Assembly (NCBI RefSeq): GCF_036321535.1
Contig: NC_087436.1
Coordinates: 45,572,001-45,636,000, forward strand
Direction of reading: 5' to 3'
DNA: 64,000 nucleotides
Origin: Camelus dromedarius
Taxonomy: Eukaryota
Shown one piece after another: positions 49,228 to 60,490 of the stretch. Position numbers and translations under genes: made by a program. Below the pieces are notes generated by a model. It was not told the origin of the DNA and did not search any database. It saw only the letters and a list, made by a program, of their open reading frames with translations. Numbering within the stretch: position 1 is the stretch's first letter; each line of letters starts with the position of its first letter.

Positions 49228-51079
49228 TGAAAACGGTGAGTGAGACACATTAGAATGGATTTATTCATTTAATAAATTTATATTGAGCACCTACTGTGGA
49301 CCAAGCATTTCAACAGCTGGCATGGAATGGCGACTTTAGATAAAAAGTTTATAATATGAATTTCATGAACCAAACCACAGACAGCTATTTTTTATACATG
49401 AATTGGGACCACTAAGCTGCAAGCTCTTGGGCCAAAGAAGCATTTTTCAGACTTGGAGCTACAGACAAGGTCTAGAAGTCTAGGAGTTTTAGGCATTTCA
49501 GAATTCTATGAGAATATTTTAATTTTGTGTTTTCATGTATAGATGAGAGATTGTCTTGCCAGATTAATTTTTCATAGTGATTCTTTTTAATTTAGAGTCA
49601 CAGAGTCTGAGTCAGATCACTTTTCCTCAAACTGGTGGTGGTCTGAGAGTGAGCATATATATTTCTCTTGGGGTTTTGTGATGTTTTCCTTCAAAGTAAA
49701 TTCATATATTAAGTTAGAGAATTATTCAAATTGAGAAATATCCTATCCCCCTGACTTTTACTTTATTCTGTATAATAAGTATCCTTAAGACTCTCCTCTA
49801 TCTTTTTCGGTAAAGACTTGACCACAGATACGTGACACAGTAAATGCATGAAATGGGACTCCCCCAGCACACCACCCCTGAATACCTTCCTAATTTTTAC
49901 CTCCCTCCCCTCAACAAGGATTTTTTTTTTAATCAGAAAAGGTGCCTCTATGCTTCTGACCCTTAAGCCTCAAATTACAAAGGAGCAAATTCAGTCTTTG
50001 CTTCTAGAAGTGCCTTTCCCTGTCAGGGCTGCCTGTCTGTGTCCTGAGTTGTACCTGGTTGTGTTTGAGGGACTTGAAGGAATGACTTATGGCTGAGCCA
50101 CCCCAGCCCGTCACACTGGTCATCTTCCCTTGCAGCCCTGTGCTGCCTGTCCCCATGGCTTCTACTCCAGCTTGACACCGACGTCCTTAACATAGGGTTC
50201 CCGGATGAGAACTGTTAGTGCGGCTGTCAGAGGTACTTGTGCTCAGATGCTCTGTCCTGTTACAGTGCTGGTCCTGAGGATGCTAATGAATCACCTGCCT
50301 TGTTTTAATCTAGGCCCCAACATGCCACTCCCTACTGCCCTCCTGCAGACGTTATAACTGGACTCAGTTCTCTTCCCTCTTGAGCCCAGAAGGAGCTGTC
50401 ATTTAGTCCCTTGTGCCCCTGGCTTGATCATCGCTTTCCCTGGAGAGGCCTCACTCGCCACAATAGTTTATATGTTGGACATCAAACGATCCATTCCTTC
50501 CCAGTTAAAACACAAGATTGAGGTGTTGACAATGGGCTGAAGAGTTGAAAACAAACTAAATCCTAAACCTGACATCGCTCTTTAATGAGGCTAGTATCTG
50601 ACACAATTTCATGTGGTGCCAGACCCCTTAGACAGATATATTACAGTCTGAGTTTTCAGTTTTAAAATATGACTTATTTTCTTTCAAATATCCTGGAGCT
50701 TACTTGATAGCGACCTTCCCCGGGTAAACTGCTGAAGCAAATAGATCCAAAGATCAGTGCCAGTGGTGGTGTCTCTCCGGCCCTCATTTAGTGAATATGG
50801 ACGCCTTTTTGTTCGTTTGGGAAGTCAAATTCCTTCCCCATTTTTCACTCTTAGGAAACCTTGTCTCTACTATTTAATTAAGAAAGCTTAATGCATTTTG
50901 ATTATTTAGAATTCTTGTTTTCAGGTCCCAAATTCTACTTTTTAATTCTCTAAGACTCTGGACTCCTCCTGGGCACCAGAAAGGAAAGGACTCGTGAGAA
51001 AAAAGAACAGGTTCTTCCGTGTTCAATACTGAACCTGTTTTCTCCCCAACACCTGCATGCCTGCAGTTCTCACTAAACA

Positions 51080-51255
51080 ATGTTTTTATTGCGGCAAAAT
51101 ATACGTAACATCCAGTTTGCCACTTCTGAGCGTACAGGGCTGCAACGTTCCGAACATCGGCCTTGTCGCACAACTGTCAGCACCATCCATCTCCAGCACT
51201 TTTCATCCTCCCTAGCTGAAACTCTACCCACTCAACGCTACCTCCCTACTCCCCC
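51080..51255 (-). mobile_element. Old L1M (L1MB-like) extreme 3' end
   Basis: tttttattgcggcaaaatatacgtaacat...caccatccatctccagcacttttcatc...gaaactctaccca. Confidence 0.65.
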
Positions 51256-53759
51256 TTTGTTCAACTCACACCAGCAAGAAGGGCTCTCTGCTTCAGCAGA
51301 GAACCAGTGAGCTCATTTCGGTGAATGACAGGGCCGCAATCTGCTAGAGCAAGCTGAGGGGAAGAGAGCGACCAGCCTGCTTGGTGTGCCAGAAATTGTT
51401 GAGCGACTACCGTTTGAATTATATGAAAAGCTGCTGAGATTTCTGTTTTGTTAAAACTTGGAAGCATCTACTCTGAGTCTGGGTCCTTGCTCAGTTGAGC
51501 TTGTCATTGTTTTTGAAACTCTGACTCAGCAGCGCTCCAGCTAACTCTGCGGAGGGGGCGTGGCCATCTGTGACAAACTGGCCACAGTGGGCACTCGGTG
51601 CTCGGCGGCCGGGCGCACCCTGGGTCTTCTGGATGCTCACTGACTTCTCTAGAGCTGCATGGAGAGCTGCTCTTAACAGCACACAGGCAGAAGATACAGC
51701 TCAGGGGGGACACTTAAGTAGGAGATCACCGGGGCCAGGCTGGCTCTCGACTGAAAATAGCTGAATCAAAGGTTAGAGAGACCAAGGTACAGAACACAAG
51801 CCCCAGGGGAGCCGAGAGACGTGACACGGTGGAAACGTTCCAGAGTCCCAGGTCCCCCTGCTTCTACGTAGCCAAAATGCTTTCCATGATGCCAGTAGGA
51901 CCTTTGGCCAAGAAAGGCTGGTTGGCCAACATCACATTCACAGTCCCTATCTATCTTTAGTTTGCATTTTAGGTCACTCTAGCCGGGAAATGCCACGTCG
52001 TGGCATGACTGGCTCATAACAAATTAAGTGGGTTATTATGTGGTTTCCCCAGAGGAAAAATAATTCATAACTGCTGGAATCCTGTGACTGTTACATCTCA
52101 GCCCAGGGGAAGCACGCATTCTCTGGGTCGGTGGCCTCTCTGGGGATAATAACCTCGATATGGCGTTGGGGTGGTACTTCCAAGAGGTTCAGGGCCCTTA
52201 CTGGACAGCCCTCATCTTTACCTCGCCATCTACCATCCTCAGAACAGTTCTTAAGTGTTTTCAAATTAATTCTGTTTTGAAGATCTCATGACATGTCCTT
52301 CAACCCCTCCTCCCCAAGGTACATGGAAACACCTAGTGTGTCTCAGATCAGGCCTCCACTCTGACAGGAAACACACAAAGCAATGTTCAATTCCAGATTT
52401 ATAGCTTCCTCTTTCCACTCGGTGTTAGCCCACCAGTTTGAATACAGTCCATGTTTTGTCCGCACTCTCTCTTCCTACCCTGAAATCGTTCTCTAGACAA
52501 TAAAGTTATAATATAAAAGTGATGATAGAGTTCAAATTTAATTGAAAGAATTTGAAAGGATGAAATGCTCATTACTTGATGGCCCATAACTTATTACAAT
52601 ATGTTTGAATGTTGTGCAGGACTTATATTTTAGTTAATACTTAGAGACTCATAAAGAAAATCTCGATTATAAATGACTAAGTTTGTTTTTCACGTGCAAT
52701 TCCTTGGTCTACCTTCATTCCACTGTGAACAAAGGAAGCCTAGAATTAACTGTGTCTACGTTGTAGTCCAGAGGGAAGGGAGCCACAGAGTAGTAATTAC
52801 ACAGAAATAGTGGATCTTTGACAGGCCCACAAAAAGAGCACAGTTTAACCCTAATAAGTGGACCCCGGGGCCCCTGACACCAGTCGTGCCCTAAGTACAC
52901 ACGTGAGCGTTACCATCACCATCCATCATCAGTCTGTCTGACCGTTACAGGCTTAACATGTCGGCATCTCACAAAAGAGAAAAGGACTTGAAGGAAAATT
53001 TTGTAATAGGTTCAGAAATGGAGCAAGTGGCAACTTTCCTTTTCTGCTCTAAGCAAATAAGAAGTAATCATGTTTAACAATTCAGTAGGGAAATAAACGA
53101 GTAGCTCCTGCTGAATGGAATAGGGTACCACCTGTCTAGTCCAACCACATCCATCAGAACCTTGAAGTTCCTTCCAGGACCCAGCATCTTACATGAGCAC
53201 AATTCTTGCTACTAAAAGAAATTCTCTGCCTTAGAAACAGTGGTCTTTTTCTTCAAGGGGATAATGTTGGTAAACTTTTTGACAGATCCTGGAAAACTTT
53301 TTCAAAGTTAATTGCATAAAAGCATGTGTCATTCTCCATTTTTTTATCACTTGATTCAGAGGCCTCAAATATTCCTACTACCGTCTTCAGGAACTATGAT
53401 GATGGGAGGTAACTTTTTGTTGTTTTTCTGCCTTTGCCTTTTAAGTTTTACTTTTCTCACGGCCATATGTCAAGGCTTCACACTTTACAGGGAGCTTACA
53501 AAGATGTTTTTTAGGGGGTACCTTTGTCATATACCAAAGAAAAATGGTTTTACTCCTCCAGAGAGGCCTACGAGCATTGCACCGTACACTTGGATTCCTG
53601 TTCGTTTCTCTTGATTGCTGAATGATCTGAGACAAGTCACTTGCCTCTTCCAAGTGATATTTCCTAAAATGCACGGTTCAGGTGGAAATGGGCCACATAA
53701 TTACTAATATCCCTTCCAACTTAAATATATGATTTGAGTGCAAAACAGTTTTCTGAAAG

Positions 53760-53950
53760 TAGCATTTACTGAGTGCGCACCACGTGCCAGGAGGGCATGC
53801 TGAGTATCCTGTTTAACCCCCAGACAATGCCACGCTTCTCTCCTCGTCCCCACGTTACAGATGAGGAAACTGGAAATAGGATTAGTAACTCACCCAGGGT
53901 CACAGTCAAGGCTCCTAACCCGGTCCCTCTCACTCTCAAGTACTAGTTCA
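53760..53950 (-). mobile_element. MIR just upstream of the last exon
   Basis: catttactgagtgc...gtgccag...ttacagatgaggaaactg...agtaactcacccagggtcacag. Confidence 0.75.
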
Positions 53951-54043
53951 AGAAATCCACCTTCTTGCGGAAATATATGAATGATGATGGTGATGTTCTG
54001 GTCGAGAGGCTCACGGACGTTCTTTCCCTCCTTCGTCTTTCAG

Positions 54044-54468
54044 GAGATACAATATTCATCATTCTGAGGAAGCAGAAGCTGATCTTCCTGCACTGGTACC
54101 ACCACATCACTGTGCTCCTGTACTCCTGGTACTCCTACAAGGACATGGTTGCCGGGGGCGGCTGGTTCATGACGATGAACTACGGCGTGCACTCCGTGAT
54201 GTACTCCTACTATGCCTTGCGAGCAGCGGGTTTCCGGGTCTCCCGGAAGTTTGCCATGTTCATCACCTTGTCCCAGATCACTCAGATGCTGATGGGCTGT
54301 GTCGTTAACTACCTGGTCTTTCACTGGATGCAGCCGGACCAGTGTCACTCTCACTTTCAGAACGTCTTCTGGTCCTCACTCATGTACCTCAGCTACCTTG
54401 TGCTCTTCTGCCACTTCTTCTTTGAGGCCTACATCGGCAAGATGAGGAAAGCAACGAAGGCTGACTAG
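54044..54468 (+). CDS. ELOVL6: ELOVL6 last coding exon (425 bp including TAG): [21 protein letters not shown]...[10 protein letters not shown]
   Basis: Acceptor cttcgtctttcag|GA. Contains the ELO/GNS1-SUR4 motifs HxxHH (54091-54105), NxxVHxxMYxYY and TxxQxxQ, and a lysine-rich C-terminus. The exons sum to 132+152+425=709 nt, leaving 89 nt of a 265-aa CDS for the upstream exon. Confidence 0.98.
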
Positions 54469-55462
54469 TGTTGGAACTGAGGAGGAAGCCACAGCTCAGG
54501 GTCATCAAGAAAAATAACAGACAAAAGAAAATGGCACAAGGAATCACATATGGTGCAGCTAAAACAAGACATATGAGCAAACACAAAACCCAAGGCAGCT
54601 TAGGGATAATTAGGTTGACTTTGCCCAGTAAGTTTATGATCCTTTTCGGGTGAGGACTCACTGAGTCACCTCCATCTCAAAGGACTGCTGCTGGAAGACC
54701 CGCATTCCCTCTTTATCTGTCAACTCTAGGACAAGTGAGAAAGAAAGTGGGCGAGAGGCAGAGAGAAACAGAGGACAGACAAAAGCTCTTAACACTATGA
54801 AAAGAAGAAGTATTTACTAAGTGTTATATTTCTCTAAGGATCAAAGGCGTTTACTCTAAAAACCGTGTGAGCACACACACACACAATCCTTTCTAAATCT
54901 TTTTTGACACTAAAATGGAGTCAGTAGAAGAGATCAAAATGGAAGCGACACAGGGTGTAGATCTAGAACAGTAATGCTTTTGCAGAATTTAAAGCGTTTT
55001 TAAGAAAGGTTAGGAATTGTAGCCCCCGTGAGAAAAGATGTCTTAATCACCTCCTGAGAAAATGGATGTGAACAATTCGATGTCCACTGAGAGAAAGACT
55101 TGTTTCCCTTCAGAGCACAGCCTCAGGCTAGCAAGTTTGCCAAAACCAAGCGGGCACGCTGTTTTTCCCAGGTCCTTCCTGGGAAGAAGGAAACCATGCA
55201 GCCCCACTCCTGAAAGGGCAGCTCCACCTCAGAGCATTTCTGACAGTTTAACTCTAATTTCGACTCTTAAATAAGACAGGATGCATTAGCCTTGGTTCCA
55301 TCGCCTTGGGCTTTTTAAACAGAAGAGTAAATGCAGAATAGGAAAGAGAAAACTCAGCTGAATGATTTTGAAAAGTGGACTCTGTACTACCTGTAAAAAG
55401 GTGCAGCCCAGGACCATCCTTGAGCTGGGAAGGGGGAAAAAAAACAGTGGGAAGGTAAGTGG

Positions 55463-55486
55463 GCAGTGCAGTGCAGTGCAGTGCAG
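55463..55486. repeat. (GCAGT)n pentanucleotide repeat in the 3' UTR
   Basis: gcagtgcagtgcagtgcagtgcag. Confidence 0.9.
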
Positions 55487-56423
55487 AAGAGCTTCAGGGC
55501 CGTGTAGTAGGCAGACACTAAGTCGGTCTAGCCCTCCCTATTTGACTTCACGTGTACTCATTACTTTCCAAATGGAACCCTGTGGTATAGTCCATATTTT
55601 ATATATTTTTGTGAATTTCAAAGAATTCTGCAGGGCTCTTCCTGATCCTGGGCGAACACTGTGTTTCAGCATCATCTGCATTTGCTCCCAGAGCAGTGCA
55701 GAGGTGTTTAAAGTGCCCTCTGCTGGCCAAGTAGAGATACTTTGACAAACACACTTCATGGCAAGTTTGGCTGGAACAGTTGACAACAAAGGGCCCCTTA
55801 TAGACTTATGCTTCAAATTTTCAATGATACAAAATACTCGTATTTTTGGCCAAATCAGAAGACATTCTTCCGGCTTCAAGTCAGCTTCAGAAATTTTTTA
55901 AAAGGGACTTTAGCTCTGGAACTCAGAAAATCAATTTATTAAGAGCCATATTCTTAAAAAAAAAAAAAGCTAGATAATATCTGTAATATTTCAGTCCTTT
56001 ACAAGCCAAATAAATGTGTAAAACGTTCCTAGTATTTCAAAGATGCAATTATGTAAAATTGTTCAATGTGATATAATAGTATTCTAATTGGTTAAGTAGC
56101 TTAATGATTAGACACTAGATGAAAAGGTTAGGGGCTACCCTGCATAGATTATATACACAGAACCACACATATGCACACCCATGTGGGGCACACTGAACTT
56201 CAAAGCCCAAATGAATAGAAACATTTTCTGGCTAGCAGAAAAAGAAGCTGTTGTTTATCTTTCTTGCTTTACTTGAGAGTGTACAGAAAAGGGATTTTTT
56301 TCAAATTATTTTTATATTATTTTAGCTTTAATTGTGCTGTCATTCATGAAACAGAGCTGCTCTGCTTCTGTCAGAGATGACAAGGGCTTTCTCAGCATCT
56401 CGTTTATGTGTGGAATTTAAAAG

Positions 56424-56429
56424 AATAAA
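56424..56429 (+). terminator. Candidate polyadenylation signal (proximal)
   Basis: AATAAA followed by gttttattccattcggtgtg (CA cleavage candidate and GT-rich sequence), with U-rich sequence upstream. Confidence 0.7.
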
Positions 56430-59400
56430 GTTTTATTCCATTCGGTGTGAATGGTCTGAACAATGAACAAAGAATCCATGCAAACCAAGTCGTGACTAAT
56501 AGATGGGTGGGGCGGGGGGGAAGGTACGCAGCAGGGGTGGGAGGAGCTGTTACATCTGTGCTAGATCGGTGTGAACAGTCCGATGTCTTGACGTTGGTTC
56601 ACAGATGGGAACCATTGATGGAGGAATGTATCATTAGGGCAAAAACTGACATGCGCTGGAAAGAAAGGTCCCGCTATAACAACTAATAGATCCTTAGAAT
56701 GCAAATGATGTTATTTTGAGCTTTGAAAAGACATGATATTGTGCAATAAGCTTTTTTTCTTATGACAGAAAATGAGCAAAATAAGTAAAATGCGGAAAAG
56801 GCCAAATAACAGCTGACTTGAGTTTAACTTGAAAGACCAGTTAGAGCTTATCTGGTTGATTTAATTATTTAGTCCATTGGTTTATCGGTGATCCTTTAAT
56901 GCAGGTTAGAATAAGGAAATGCACACAGACCTTAGCAGACGCTAAGTGATGCTTCCAAAGCACTTTCGTCTTGATACAGGTTTGTACTTGTGTTCACTTA
57001 TGAGATAATTTAGAATCTTTGTTTACAGGCTGAATGTCTAATAAATAGTTTTTAAATTAGCTGATTATATCTAAAGGCATTTCTGATGTGTGTCATGGGA
57101 GGGGGGAAAAACACACCTTTAAAAAAAACCTGAAATTCTGGTGTTACAGGCTCAGTACAGTGTTCTTCATATCTCAGCTTAGCTGCTTAATTGTATCAAG
57201 ATACAAGGCTGGACCACCAGCCCCTGGCAAATCTGAATCCTATCAGAGAACTGACTGCCACACAGATAATCCTGCTATCAATTAATATTCCAGAAAAACC
57301 TGGGCAGGCAAGTTTTTATAGCTGCCCCACTATGCTACAACAGATTATCTTTCTATTGAAAATATTCCACTACATTCCAATACCAGGATGGTAAAAACAT
57401 TCCTGGATTTAAAAAAAAATTTTTTTTAACCGAATCTTCATTTCATACATAAATACATGTAATTTGATATACTGGGCCCAAGTATCAACCCAAGTCCACA
57501 AGTTTGCCATGGAAATCATTCTAGTGAGAGATGCTCTATTTATAGGGCAGGAGCTTTTATCTGGACATTCTAGTTTTGCTCGTGAGAAAAGCCACTACTA
57601 TATTCGTATTCGTTGTCAGGCCCAAAGTACCCAGTAAGCATCACGGCTTGAGACGATCATTCCAGGTAATGCTCATCCTTCTCATCACACTCCACTACAA
57701 AAACAAGGGGCAGAGATAATAATACATCTGAATAATACGCTGAAGTAGAAAGACAGACTTATGCCCTTTCCCTTCCCCTCGGTATTAATGTAGCTCTGAC
57801 TGAGTCAGAAACCTCACCTGAGTGGGGTTTTTGTAGACCCGAATGGAAGAACCTTACTTCTAAGAAAGAGACCCACAGAATTTTTTTTTTAAGGTCAGAT
57901 GTAGTATCTTTACAATAAAGATAAAACCTGTCACATAAAAATAACAAAGCACCTGACGTCATCTACACTGGAGTATAATGTTCCAGAAATCTGGCCTGCT
58001 TCCCAGGCTGCTGGGTTATGTGGGAGAGACGCGCCCAGGTTGCTCGCTCTTCCTCATTGTGATAGAACAGCCTCTCAGAGAACGCTATGCGTCCCACACT
58101 AAGTCAGCCTCAGCACATTCTGAGGGCCTCTTCCCAGGCTGGTTAATTACTGACTCTTGAACCCAGGTATTGGGTTGGCTGTGTGCTGACTCAAGAGGGC
58201 TGTTGGGAAAATTGGGAAAGTCAAACAGACCTCCCAGCGTTCAGTCCTTGAGTTGTCTGTGCATGGTCCACGTCTGTCTCTTTTAGATGCTTCTTTCCCT
58301 GAAAAAGTTTCCATCCTGAGAAGTACAGTTGTGTGAGAGTTTTATGATGAAAATCCAGTTCGCCAATCTTTGTTTTCAATAATAAATATTTTGCTATCAA
58401 TTCGGGATCGGTAGGAGAGCCTGTTTTCATGCTGTGAGTCATTGTCTCTTGTAGCTTCTTTAAGTTCTGTCCCTTTTCTATTTACATACAAGACTTGATT
58501 CTTTGTGCCTCAGACCCATTGCCATCAAGAAGACATTTTGCTAAGAATGCATCACAGGGTTTGGCCTGTAGTGTGTACACATTAGAGTGAGAGCTAGTAA
58601 AGCAATGATACTCAAATTTTGTGCCAACCATCAATATGACACGTTAGGTCCCAATCTTCAGTGAACCGACCGCCTCTATGCTGGTACCCAAGACTTAAGC
58701 AAAGCAAGTGTCAGTGCAGTGACAGCATGTTCTTTCAAGGCCAGCTGTGACCTGCCAACTATAAACATCCTCAAGCCACAAGGCAGAACCCAGAAGGGGA
58801 GAGACCAGTTAGGGACACCGTGCAGAGCATCAAAGAATAGTCACAAGCCTGTTGAATCACCAAAGTTACGAGCTTCATTCTCAAACTGAAAATTCAGGGC
58901 TCACAGAAGGGGGGAAAATAATCTCCAGGTTTCCCTTCCTCCTGAATTACATTTTTCTAAAAAAGGGAAACAAGATGTTCTAGCCCTAAAGAGAGACAGC
59001 GGGAGCACACCCCTTGGGAGGAGGTTTGGGGGGGGTCTTAATAGCATTGTAATTTTATGCTGGGTAGGCAACTCTTAGACATACATCACTGGAAATTCAA
59101 ACCCGAACCTACATTGTAGTAAATGTCTCCTAAAGCAACTAGTTAAAGAAACTGGTCCTGTAAATCAGGGTCAAGCAACATTTGTATCACACTTAGGCAG
59201 GATCGAGAGGTCCTGGCTCACGTTGGTTATTTAAACACTTATTTTCCCATTGCTTGGCGGCCCTTGTGACATTTTCCTCCCAGTGGACAGAAGTCTAGAA
59301 CATACCAGCAAGAGCCTCAGAGTGCAGCCCCAGCCTGTCAGATTCAGACAGGCCTGCCTGTCAGGGCGTGTTCAGGCAAGGCCAACTTGTTAGCCACTGG

Positions 59401-59551
59401 AAGATTCGGCCTCTTAGGGCCGGGGCGCCTGTGTTCAGAGAGAAGCCCGCCCAGATGAGCCTCGCAGAGCAAATCACAGCAGTGTCAGAACTGTTACTTT
59501 CAAGTGCTATTTCACGACATTAAAAGAAATATTTTTTTCTGGTGTAGTAAA

Positions 59552-59563
59552 ATTAAAAATAAA
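59552..59563 (+). terminator. Candidate distal polyadenylation signals (ATTAAA immediately followed by AATAAA)
   Basis: tgtagtaaaATTAAAAATAAActcgtaacttttg, with upstream TGTA, another ATTAAA near 59519 and T-rich sequence downstream. Confidence 0.45.
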
Positions 59564-60470
59564 CTCGTAACTTTTGATTTAAAACCAGACTATGTTTCCA
59601 GTTTCCTTTCCCTCTTGTTCTGGGCAGTTCTAAAGGGGCGTTCCTTAAAAATTGCAGAAAGTCCACTCCACACTTCACACCAAGTGCTCACGGACTGTAG
59701 GTGAGTCACCGAAACTCCCCAGTTCTTGAGCAGACCCCGAGAATGATACAGCCCCAGATACTGCTGATCAAAACCCCACACGTGTCTAGCCCTCCAATGG
59801 TGTTTCACGGGTCTAACACTTCGAAATGTACGTGTTGTCCAGACCCGAGGGCTCAACAGAGCTGTCCTCAGGGGGCAGACAGGCCAAGAAACATAGTCTC
59901 AAACAACGCACGCTTCAGAAACGAACACAGCATGCATTAAAACATACAAGCATTTTATATCACTGTCAAGATAACAAAAATGCTATGCAGATGTAACTTC
60001 AGGACCAAGAAATAGGCCGCAGTGGGCTTCCTAGGAATGAAAAAATAAGAATGACATCTAAATAACACTATTTCAGCAACATAACTACTTTTGGCTGTTT
60101 TTGTTTTTCTTCAAAATGAATAAAATTAATTGGAGCCACAGTGAGCACCCTACATCAATGGTCAGGACTGTTAAAGTAATTCAGAGGGCTCCCCACTGGT
60201 TGGTCTGTAGCTGATTAATCTCCAGCCCTGGCAGGTTTGGGGCAGGCTCTCAGTTACTGACAAATACCTGCCCTGAAACTAAATAGGGAGGGCCACTGAG
60301 AAGCAAGGTGACCACAGGGATTTCCACAGTCGGGCGAGGGGAGGGGCTGCACTGAGTAACCCCCTCAACCCGACCAAACTTGACACACACACCCCTACAG
60401 AATCGCCCAGCCCATGACACCTGCAACCTTGCATCACCATGAAGGACTCCGGGCAAAAGGAGAAGCTCTG

Positions 60471-60490
60471 GATCAGATCAGATCAGATCA
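60471..60490. repeat. (GATCA)4 pentanucleotide repeat
   Basis: Directly visible. Confidence 0.9.

Larger units (their letters stand above)
54469..56450 (+). other. ELOVL6: ELOVL6 3' UTR to the proximal poly(A) site; may extend to ~58.4 kb or ~59.6 kb
   Basis: Follows the stop codon and is repeat-poor. The AU-rich, UGUA-containing distal part ends at AATAAA 56424-56429. Confidence 0.75.

Noticed and set aside
53965..54043. N-terminal extension of the 167-aa ORF ([26 protein letters not shown])
   Set aside because: It is read-through intron sequence containing the pyrimidine tract and AG acceptor. ELOVL6 homology starts at 54044.
54040..54661. Antisense ORFs (104 aa and 90 aa) over the last exon/UTR
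   Set aside because: Expected shadow of a high-GC3 coding exon; no recognisable domain or independent gene signals.
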